Assembly (NCBI GenBank): GCA_963777005.1
Contig: CAVZPC010000008.1
Coordinates: 1,781 to 65,780 of the forward strand
DNA length: 64,000 nucleotides
Source of the DNA: an uncultured Acidobacteriaceae bacterium
GTDB lineage: Bacteria > Acidobacteriota > Terriglobia > Terriglobales > Acidobacteriaceae
Direction: 5' to 3'
Of the stretch, positions 49,318-57,125 are shown in pieces. The notes beneath the pieces are model-generated. The model did no database searches. It saw only the letters and a list, made by a program, of their open reading frames with translations, and had not been told where the DNA came from. A program made the position numbers and the translations under genes. Numbering within the stretch: the first letter of the stretch is position 1; each line of letters begins with the position of its first letter.

Positions 49318-50340
49318 TTAGATGCTCAGCACTACCTTGCCGAACATCAGACTCTTTTCCAGGTACTCGTGCGCCGCGCGAATGTCACTAAGAGGAAAAA
49401 CACGATCCACCACAGGTTTGAGCCGTCCCGCAAAAACATGCCGCAGCACGGCATGCAGTTCGCCCATGGTGCCCATGTAGGAGCCCAGCAGCGACAATTG
49501 CCGCGCAAACAAATGCCGCAGATCGATTGCGACGTTCGGCCCCGTGGTGGCTCCGCAGGTTACCAGCGTGCCGCCGCTTTTGAGTGACTTCACACTCTCG
49601 TCCCAGGTCGCCGCACCCACGTGCTCAATCACAATATCGACGCCTTCTTTATTCGTTATCTTTCGCACTTCTTCGGAGATTTTTTGTTTGTAGTGATCGA
49701 TGCCGTAATCGGCGCCGAGTTCGCGGCCTTTGGCCAGCTTGGCTTCGTCGCCCGCGGTCGTAATCACGCGGCAGTGGAAGAGCTTGGCGATCTGGATCGC
49801 AGCAATGCCCACACCGGAACTCGCACCCAGCACCAGCACAGTCTGACCCGGGCGCATGCTGGCTCGTCCCACGAGCATGTGCCAGGCGGTGACAAATACC
49901 AAAGGAACGCTCGCCGCCTGAATGAAATCAAGCGAGTCGGGAATCGGGATCACATTGGCGGCTGGTGCCGCGAAGAATTCGCAATTTCCGCCGTCCACAG
50001 CATTGCCGAGCACAGTGAAGATCCGGCACTGATTCTGCAGACCCTCGAGACACTTCTCGCAATGCCCGCAGAAATGCATGGGAGCCACCAGAACCCGCTG
50101 GCCGACTTTGACCCCGGTCACGTACTCGCCGACTTCAACCACTTCGCCGGCAATATCGCTACCGAGAATGTGGGGCAGCTTCACGCCCGGCAGGCCTTTG
50201 CGCACCCAAACGTCCAGATGATTCAGCGAGCAGGCACGGACACGAACCATCACTTGATCCTTGCGCAGTTGCGCTTCAGGAATATCCTCATAGGTCAAAA
50301 CTTCCGGACTACCGAATTGATGAATGCGCGCCGCTTTCAT
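49318..50340 (-). CDS. Zinc-binding medium-chain dehydrogenase/reductase (alcohol dehydrogenase / quinone oxidoreductase family)
   Basis: AGGAGG RBS. The sequence begins MKAARIHQFG and contains GSDIAGEVVEVG, a structural-zinc region (C..C..C) and the Rossmann motif VLGASSGVG. Confidence 0.9.
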   Translation of the reverse strand: MKAARIHQFGSPEVLTYEDIPEAQLRKDQVMVRVRACSLNHLDVWVRKGLPGVKLPHILGSDIAGEVVEVGEYVTGVKVGQRVLVAPMHFCGHCEKCLEGLQNQCRIFTVLGNAVDGGNCEFFAAPAANVIPIPDSLDFIQAASVPLVFVTAWHMLVGRASMRPGQTVLVLGASSGVGIAAIQIAKLFHCRVITTAGDEAKLAKGRELGADYGIDHYKQKISEEVRKITNKEGVDIVIEHVGAATWDESVKSLKSGGTLVTCGATTGPNVAIDLRHLFARQLSLLGSYMGTMGELHAVLRHVFAGRLKPVVDRVFPLSDIRAAHEYLEKSLMFGKVVLSI

Positions 50341-50437
50341 AACTCCTCCTGCAAAGGGTGAAACTAACACAAAACCCTAGTTGTTTGACTCGCCGTTGTT
50401 AACCGACTGATAATCAATGCTGCAGGGTTCTGGCCGA

Positions 50438-51301
50438 ATGGATATTTACGAACAGATCGTGCAACTCCGCCGCGAAGGGCGTCGTGGCGCCGTGGCCACG
50501 ATCGTGAACGTGCGCGGTTCGATTCCTTCGTTTCGTACGGCGAAGATGCTGGTTCGCGACGATGGCTCGATCGTTGGCACGATCGGCGGCGGCTGCGTTG
50601 AAGCCGACGTTTGGCAGGCGGCCCGTGAGGTGATGGAATCCGAAAAGCCGCGCACGTTGAGCTTCGATTTGAACCAGGATCCGAAGTACGATACTGGACT
50701 GGTTTGCGGGGGCACGCTCGAGGTATTCATTGAACCTGTATTACCTCCAGCACTACTTTATGTGTTCGGAGCAGGTCATGTAGCCGCAAACCTTTGTCGG
50801 GTAGCAGCGAATGCAGGCTTTGAACTCATCGTTACCGATGACCGGACTTCCTACGCCACCAAAGAACGCTTTCCCGCAGCTCGCGAAGTGCATGCGCTCG
50901 AGTTCGACGAGGCGATGCAGAAGCTCGACCCCAACGAGACTTCCTATATCGTGATCGTAACGCGAGGGCATCGCGACGACATGCGCATTCTGCGCTGGGC
51001 CGTGCAGACTCGCGCCCGCTACGTCGGCATGATCGGCTCCAAACGCAAAGTGATTGAAATTTCGAAGACGCTGCAGAAGGAAGGCGTGCCCGCGCATTTG
51101 TTCGAGCGCGTTCACGCGCCGATCGGCCTCGACATCGGCGCTATTACGCCCGAGGAGATTGCGGTGGCAATTACAGCCGAGTTGATCGCGATTCGCCGGC
51201 ACGCCAACTCGAGCCTGCCTCACATGAGTTGGTTCCATCCTCAAGATTCTCAGCCCGATGCAAACCACGAGCCAGACAAGGCGCTCGACGAGCACGAATA
51301 G
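50438..51301 (+). CDS. XdhC/CoxI-family molybdoenzyme maturation factor
   Basis: The sequence RGAVATIVNVRGS.P ... GTIGGGC.E is followed by a Rossmann-like half (YVFGAGHVA). Confidence 0.85.
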   Translation: MDIYEQIVQLRREGRRGAVATIVNVRGSIPSFRTAKMLVRDDGSIVGTIGGGCVEADVWQAAREVMESEKPRTLSFDLNQDPKYDTGLVCGGTLEVFIEPVLPPALLYVFGAGHVAANLCRVAANAGFELIVTDDRTSYATKERFPAAREVHALEFDEAMQKLDPNETSYIVIVTRGHRDDMRILRWAVQTRARYVGMIGSKRKVIEISKTLQKEGVPAHLFERVHAPIGLDIGAITPEEIAVAITAELIAIRRHANSSLPHMSWFHPQDSQPDANHEPDKALDEHE

Positions 51302-51380
51302 GCTGCGATTGCTTTCCTTTCGATCGTTCCTCAATCATAAAAAATAAACACTTTACCCCGGTTCCTGCTATCTTCGCAGC

Positions 51381-52016
51381 ATGATCCGAGCGCCCAGTTT
51401 CGCTGGCGTGATTCTCGCGGCGGGAGAATCTTCGCGCATGGGCCGGGATAAAGCGCTACTGCCGTGGCCTCCAGCAGTCCCGGGGCAAGCGCCTTCGAGT
51501 GAGACATTTCTCTCAGCTGCCATTCACTCGCTTTCGTTAGCTACGGAGTTCGTGGTGGTCGTGGTCGGAAAGAATGAAGAGGCGCTGGCGCCGATTATTT
51601 ATGCCCAGGGTGCGTCACTGGTCGTGAACCCCGATCCGGATCGCGGCCAGTTCAGTTCATTGCAAGTGGGTCTGCACGAAGTGCTCGACCACGGCCGCGA
51701 TGCGGCGATGGTTACGCTGGTTGACAGGCCTCCCATCGGCGCTGCGACGATTCAGACCTTGCGGGACGCTTTCGGGATCTCCGATCAGAATGTATGGGCG
51801 GTCATCCCTGAATTCTCTGGCAAGCACGGTCACCCATACCTGGTCGGCCGGGAAATGATCGAGGAATTCCTCCGCGTCCCGGCCACATCCACGGCGCGAG
51901 ACGTTGAACACGCGCATCAGGATCACATTCAGTACGTGAAGGTCGACGATCCTCTGGTGGCGTCGAATATCAACACTCCTGAGGACTATGCGGGACTCTT
52001 GGCGCGCTCATCCTGA
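51381..52016 (+). CDS. MobA/MocA-like nucleotidyltransferase (molybdenum cofactor nucleotidylation)
   Basis: GVILAAGESSRMGRDKALLPW N-terminal motif in a protein of about 211 aa. Confidence 0.8.
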   Translation: MIRAPSFAGVILAAGESSRMGRDKALLPWPPAVPGQAPSSETFLSAAIHSLSLATEFVVVVVGKNEEALAPIIYAQGASLVVNPDPDRGQFSSLQVGLHEVLDHGRDAAMVTLVDRPPIGAATIQTLRDAFGISDQNVWAVIPEFSGKHGHPYLVGREMIEEFLRVPATSTARDVEHAHQDHIQYVKVDDPLVASNINTPEDYAGLLARSS

Positions 52017-52067
52017 TGGATCCCCGCGACGTTGCGCGTTTTCCCCGAAGCACGTTATCGTCGTTAG

Positions 52068-52799
52068 ATGAGCACTGCAGAAGCGGAAGCATTTCTTCCG
52101 GCCACCAACGAATTCCTCGACTCCATTCTTCGTCTTCAGCCGCGCGTCGCGGCGTTCGACTGCGATGGCACGCTATGGTCCGGCGACGCTGGCGAGCGAT
52201 TCTTTGATTGGGAACTGAAGCAGGGCGACCTCGTGGATGCAGCGCTCGATGGTCCGCTGCGAGAACGTTATGCGGCCTATAAGCGCGGCGAGGTTGAGGA
52301 AACCACTATGTGTGGTGAGATGGTGACGATGCACCGGGGCGTCCCGGAGCGTAAGTTGATGGATGCCGCTGTCCGTTTCTTCGATCAGTTCTTCGTCGTC
52401 CAGATTTTTCCCGAGATGCGCGAACTCGTGCGGCGTCTCCAGGAAAACTGCTGCGAGATCTGGACAGTCTCTTCTTCCAATGAGTGGGTGATCCGCGCCG
52501 GGATGAAACATTTCGGCATACCCGAGAACCGGATTCTTGCCGCCAAGGTGGAACTGGATCGTGGCGTCGCCACCGACCGGTTGATCCGCGTACCTTCTGG
52601 CGCGGGGAAGCCGGAGGCCCTCCGCGAAAACGTCGGCAAAGAAATCGATGCAGCTTTTGGCAACTCGCGCTGGGATACCGAAATGCTGGCCATGGCGAAG
52701 AGTGCCATCGCGGTGAATCCAAATCCAGATCTTGAGACGATGGCCCGCGAACGCGACTGGCGAATTTATTTTCCCGAGGGAACTCCTTCACGGAGTTAG
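52068..52799 (+). CDS. HAD-IB family hydrolase
   Basis: DxDxT motif (AAFDCDGTLW), a later VSSSNEW, and K...GNSRWD motifs. Confidence 0.8.
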   Translation: MSTAEAEAFLPATNEFLDSILRLQPRVAAFDCDGTLWSGDAGERFFDWELKQGDLVDAALDGPLRERYAAYKRGEVEETTMCGEMVTMHRGVPERKLMDAAVRFFDQFFVVQIFPEMRELVRRLQENCCEIWTVSSSNEWVIRAGMKHFGIPENRILAAKVELDRGVATDRLIRVPSGAGKPEALRENVGKEIDAAFGNSRWDTEMLAMAKSAIAVNPNPDLETMARERDWRIYFPEGTPSRS

Positions 52800-52839
52800 A
52801 AGTTGCGGCGCAGGTTTGCCAGTTACAATTGTCTTGCCC

Positions 52840-53199
52840 ATGTATTCCGCGCAGTTACTCGATCATTTTCGGAATCCGCGCAATGCCGGCGAGATTGCTG
52901 ACGCCGACGCCATGGCAGAAATTGAAAATCCCGCTTGTGGAGACGTGCTCCGCTTGACCTTGAAACAAAGAGCGGGGCGAATTGCCCAGATGCAATTCAA
53001 GGCGAAAGGATGCGTGGCGGCGATCGCCTGCGGTTCGGCTTTGACAGAATTAGTAGTAGGGAAGACGCTTGAGGAAGCTATGAAGTTGCGGCGCGAGGAT
53101 GTGAATGCCGCCCTTGGAGGCCTGCCTCAAGCCTCAACCCACGCTGCTCAGTTGGCCGTAGAGGCTCTATCGCTCGCACTGAGCCGCATCCGACAATAG
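52840..53199 (+). CDS. IscU/NifU-N-like Fe-S scaffold protein, atypical (third Cys ligand replaced)
   Basis: Aligns with E. coli IscU (LDHFRNPRNAG, NPACGDV, KAKGCVAAIACGS), but the HCS motif reads HAA at 53140-53148. Confidence 0.8.
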   Translation: MYSAQLLDHFRNPRNAGEIADADAMAEIENPACGDVLRLTLKQRAGRIAQMQFKAKGCVAAIACGSALTELVVGKTLEEAMKLRREDVNAALGGLPQASTHAAQLAVEALSLALSRIRQ

Positions 53200-53205
53200 A
53201 TTTTG

Positions 53206-54045
53206 ATGCCAGACCAAACGCCACTCCGCATCGCCAGCCTGCAACCCAGTGCCACCGTGATTCTCGCCGCAATTGGCGAACTGGATCGTGTGGTTGCATG
53301 CACGAAATATTGCGCGGAAGTGGTTCCGGAAATTAGATCCCAGGCCCGCATCATCCTTGCCGACTCGTGGAGTGCGAACGCTGAGCAGATTATCGCGGCT
53401 CGTCCCGACCTCGTAATTGCCTCCGTTCCTTATCAAGAAAAGGCAGTCGTCGAGATACTCAAGGCTGGAGTGCGTTTTTTGGGCTTTGCGCCTAAGACGC
53501 TGGCTGATATTTACGCTGACATTGCAATCATCGCAGGTACAGTGGGAGCCTGCGATCGAGGTGAAGCTGTGATCAGCCAAATGAAAGGGCGTATTGAAGC
53601 GGTCCGTGATCGCGCGTCTGGGCTGCCCCGACCGAAAATATTTTGTGAAGAATGGGGCAAGCCGCTGATTGCGTCGCAGCCCTGGGTTGAGGAATTGGTA
53701 GAAGCTTCTGGAGGTGAGTTTCTTGGCGTACCCGGGCGGCAGATATCCGCCGAAGAAGTTGCCCGTATCGATCCAGACGTATGGATTGCGGCCTGGTGCG
53801 GAGCGGGCGACCGCGTCCCGCTGGAAAAAATTATGGCGGACCGCAACTGGCAAGGAACTCGCGCGGCTCAGGCTGGCCGCATCTACTGCATTCGCGACGA
53901 ATATCTCAACACCCCGGCGCCTACGCTCCTCCGGGGGTTGGATGCATTGGCGTCTGCAATCCATCCCGAGCTCTTTAAGAGTACGGAAGGAATCCGCCAG
54001 ATTACCGGCGTTCCGTCTTCCACAGCTGCGAATCTGGCTCAGTGA
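53206..54045 (+). CDS. Class III (BtuF/FhuD-like) periplasmic-binding-protein-fold protein without a signal peptide
   Basis: The sequence RIASLQPSATVILAAIG...RVVA, PDLVIAS and the overall PBP_2-like layout. The N-terminus has no hydrophobic leader. Confidence 0.75.
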   Translation: MPDQTPLRIASLQPSATVILAAIGELDRVVACTKYCAEVVPEIRSQARIILADSWSANAEQIIAARPDLVIASVPYQEKAVVEILKAGVRFLGFAPKTLADIYADIAIIAGTVGACDRGEAVISQMKGRIEAVRDRASGLPRPKIFCEEWGKPLIASQPWVEELVEASGGEFLGVPGRQISAEEVARIDPDVWIAAWCGAGDRVPLEKIMADRNWQGTRAAQAGRIYCIRDEYLNTPAPTLLRGLDALASAIHPELFKSTEGIRQITGVPSSTAANLAQ

Positions 54046-54059
54046 GTTAATATCTGCTC

Positions 54060-54539
54060 ATGCATACCACCACCAGAGTCGAAGAAGTCCGCCACGAAGT
54101 TGGAGCGCTCGCAAGTGCCGTAACCGCAGCCAACGTCTTCATGCAGGCAATCTGCAAACTTTTGCACGAGCGCATGCTGAAGTACAACTGGGTGGGTTTT
54201 TACATGCTGGAGCCTGGCACCCAACCGCCGGTGCTGGTGCTGGAAACGTTCGTGGGCGCGATGACTCCGCACACGCGGATCCCGCTCAATCAGGGAATCT
54301 GTGGAGCCGCGGCCTCCAGCGGCAAAACAGTGGTGGTCGATGACGTCAGCAAGGATTCCCGCTACCTTGCCTGTTCCCTGGAGACGAAGTCGGAAATTGT
54401 TGTGCCCGTTTTTGTAAACGGAGAAGTCGCCGGCGAACTCGATATCGACAGTCATTTCCCGGCAGCATTCGGCGCCGAAGATCAACGGCTCGTACAATAC
54501 TGTGCGGAACTCGTAGGAAAAAAGCTGGAGAGGCCGTGA
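54060..54539 (+). CDS. GAF-domain protein, free methionine-(R)-sulfoxide reductase-like
   Basis: WVGFYML, QGICGAAA, YLACS..TKSEIVVPV and GELDIDS motifs. Confidence 0.75.
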   Translation: MHTTTRVEEVRHEVGALASAVTAANVFMQAICKLLHERMLKYNWVGFYMLEPGTQPPVLVLETFVGAMTPHTRIPLNQGICGAAASSGKTVVVDDVSKDSRYLACSLETKSEIVVPVFVNGEVAGELDIDSHFPAAFGAEDQRLVQYCAELVGKKLERP

Positions 54540-54711
54540 GGGTTAAAAAGGGCAAAGCCCCTGTGCCTGCAATCGGACGGGTCTGGCTGAATTGTTCTCC
54601 AGTGTGTTTTGGCCAACTGCGCGGGCGCGTCCTGGCGGTGTTCGCGTTCTCCTTTATCGGTTGCGTGGATCCGGTGGCCAGTGCCTTGCACGCCACCAGC
54701 AGTCCAGATTT

Positions 54712-55104
54712 ATGAAACGGGTTGTAGCGGCGGTGATCGAGAAGAACGGCAAGCTGCTGGTTTGCCAGCGCACCCGGCATCAGACGATGCCGCTGAAGTG
54801 GGAGTTTCCCGGGGGAAAGATTGAAGAAGGCGAGCAACCTCGCGATGCTCTGCGCCGGGAATTGGAAGAAGAATTAGGCATTCACGCCAAAGTCGGGGAT
54901 GAGATCGCGCGCATCCAGCATACGTATCCAAATGGAGCTGCAGTCGAACTGCGTTTTTTTATCGTGCGGGAATACGACGGCGAACTGGAAAATCGAATTT
55001 TCCGAGATCTGCAATGGGCCGCCCCCAACACTCTGCCCTGTTTCGATTTTCTCGAAGCCGATGCGTCCCTTGTGAAAGATCTGGCGGCAGGAAGACTGAT
55101 CTAA
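54712..55104 (+). CDS. mutT: NUDIX hydrolase, MutT-like 8-oxo-dGTP diphosphatase
   Basis: Nudix box (WEFPGGKIEEGEQPRDALRRELEEELGI) in a protein of about 130 aa. Confidence 0.85.
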   Translation: MKRVVAAVIEKNGKLLVCQRTRHQTMPLKWEFPGGKIEEGEQPRDALRRELEEELGIHAKVGDEIARIQHTYPNGAAVELRFFIVREYDGELENRIFRDLQWAAPNTLPCFDFLEADASLVKDLAAGRLI

Positions 55105-55123
55105 ATCGAGGCGCCCTGCTAAC

Positions 55124-56389
55124 CTAGCCCCCGGCTTTTCCACCGACATAAGCGAATGCTAGCGCGAATGACAACCCGGCCACGATGATGGTTGTGGCCC
55201 AGGCCACTGCATTAAACAAATGCGAGTTCACATACTCGCCCATCAATTCTTTCTTGTTGATCAGCAGCAGCATGAAGATCAATACAAACGGCAGTACCAC
55301 ACCGTTCAGCACCTGCGACCAGAGGACGATTCTTACCAGCTGCGGCCCCGGGATCAGAAGCACGAGAATCCCGCCGGCCACGATCAGCAGCGTGTAAAGC
55401 CAGTAAAAAAATGGAGCATCGCTGAACTTCATATCGATGCCAGACTCAAAACCCAATCCTTCACACACCGTGTAGGCGGTGGAAAGCGGCAGGATCGATG
55501 CCGCGAACAGAGAAGCGTTGAACAATCCCACTGCAAACAGAATGTAGGCGTACTGCCCGGCCAGTGGCTTGAGAGCCTGGGCTGCGTCCGCGGCGTATTT
55601 AATGTCGCGAAATCCGTGCACGAACAAGGTTGCGGCGCAAGCCACGATGATGAACCAGGCCACCACATCAGTAAAAATGCAGCCGGTGATGACATCCCAG
55701 CGCGAGGCTTGTAGTCCCCTTCGAGTCACTCCCTTTTCCACGACGGAAGACTGGAGGTAGAACTGCATCCACGGAGCGATGGTCGTGCCCACCACGCCGA
55801 TTACCATGAATAAATATGCCTGGTCACGGAATGCCTTGAGGGCGGGCAATTTGACGGTCGCGATGGTCGCATCCTTCCACAGCGGATGTGCCAGCGCCCC
55901 GGCAAAAATATAGGTGATGTAGAAGAACGAAGCGGCCAGAAAGACTTTTTCTACGCTCTTATACTGGCCTTTCACTACGATCAGCCAGACGATCACGCCG
56001 CACACAGGCACCGTCACGTATCGTGAAAGGCCAAACAACTCCAGGCTGGTGGCGATGCCAATAAACTCCGTGACTACGTTGCCGAAGTTGATGATCAAAA
56101 TCCCAAGCATCATCAGGAACGTGATGCGCAGGCCAAACTCCTCCCGGATCAGATCGCTCAGGCCTTTGCCAGTAACCGCTCCCATGCGAGCGCTCATCTC
56201 CTGCACCACAATTAGCGCCAGAGTAATGGGAATCATGGTCCACAACAGAAGGAATCCGTATTGAGCCCCGGCCTGCGAATAGGTCAGGATGCCGCCCGCG
56301 TCGTTGTCGACGTTTGCGGTGATGATGCCCGGCCCTACTACCGCCAGGAACAGCAGAGTTCGACCCTTCCAACGTTTCAAGAGACGCAT
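55124..56389 (-). CDS. mntH: NRAMP-family divalent metal (Mn2+/Fe2+) transporter
   Basis: 421 aa with 11-12 TM segments and NRAMP-like sequence (GPGIITANVDNDAGG, QEMSARMG). Confidence 0.9.
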   Translation of the reverse strand: MRLLKRWKGRTLLFLAVVGPGIITANVDNDAGGILTYSQAGAQYGFLLLWTMIPITLALIVVQEMSARMGAVTGKGLSDLIREEFGLRITFLMMLGILIINFGNVVTEFIGIATSLELFGLSRYVTVPVCGVIVWLIVVKGQYKSVEKVFLAASFFYITYIFAGALAHPLWKDATIATVKLPALKAFRDQAYLFMVIGVVGTTIAPWMQFYLQSSVVEKGVTRRGLQASRWDVITGCIFTDVVAWFIIVACAATLFVHGFRDIKYAADAAQALKPLAGQYAYILFAVGLFNASLFAASILPLSTAYTVCEGLGFESGIDMKFSDAPFFYWLYTLLIVAGGILVLLIPGPQLVRIVLWSQVLNGVVLPFVLIFMLLLINKKELMGEYVNSHLFNAVAWATTIIVAGLSFALAFAYVGGKAGG

Positions 56390-56603
56390 GAGGACATTTC
56401 ACACACATAAAAATTAGAGCAACCCGTAGCGGGGCGGCGACCCGCGTTTCGCGGTGCACTCCAGCTTAAGGCGGCATCAGAATACATGGACAGCCTGTGC
56501 CGGGGATAGATGAAAATGGAGGAGAAATAGAAAAAGAACTGAAGTCGCCCGTGCGGAATCGAGCCGTGCTCGGCCGGAGCAGGGTAAGATATTTGCAGGC
56601 ACT

Positions 56604-57119
56604 ATGGGTATGACCAAAAACTCCGCGCGCGCCGTCTACCTGCTCATCATTGTGATCGTCGTCTTGCTGGATCGTTGGAGCAAGCATCTCGTGGCGCAGC
56701 GTATTCGTCTTTACTCGCACATTCAGGTGATCCCGGGTTTTTTTCGCCTGACCCACACGGAGAACACTGGCGCCGCTTTCAGCCTTTTTGCCGACTCGAC
56801 CGCGCCGTGGAAAACAGGATTGCTGATCGCATTTTCGGTGATTGCGCTAATTGTGGTTTCAACCCTGCTCTGGAAAAATCACCAGGCTCATGTTGCCACC
56901 GGCGTGGGCTTGTCGCTAATTATGGGAGGAGCGCTGGGGAATCTGTGGGATCGGCTGGCCCGCGGCCGCGTCGTGGATTTTCTGCTGGTCTACGTCAAGC
57001 ATTATCAGTGGCCGGTTTTCAACCTGGCAGATAGCGCGATTGTGATTGGCGCGGGATTATTGATTATCGAAATCCTTTTCGCGAAATCGAGCGCCCGCGA
57101 GAATGCACAGCCATCCTGA
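56604..57119 (+). CDS. lspA: Lipoprotein signal peptidase II
   Basis: Motifs DRWSK, HTENTGAAFS, GNLWDR, VVDF and FNLADS. Confidence 0.9.
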   Translation: MGMTKNSARAVYLLIIVIVVLLDRWSKHLVAQRIRLYSHIQVIPGFFRLTHTENTGAAFSLFADSTAPWKTGLLIAFSVIALIVVSTLLWKNHQAHVATGVGLSLIMGGALGNLWDRLARGRVVDFLLVYVKHYQWPVFNLADSAIVIGAGLLIIEILFAKSSARENAQPS

Positions 57120-57125
57120 AGCTCT

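Noticed and set aside
56390-56603. A possible Mn-sensing yybP-ykoY riboswitch upstream of mntH.
   Set aside because: I could not recognise the conserved four-way-junction sequence blocks on the mntH strand. Only generic GC-rich hairpins are present. An Rfam scan (RF00080) is needed to exclude it formally.
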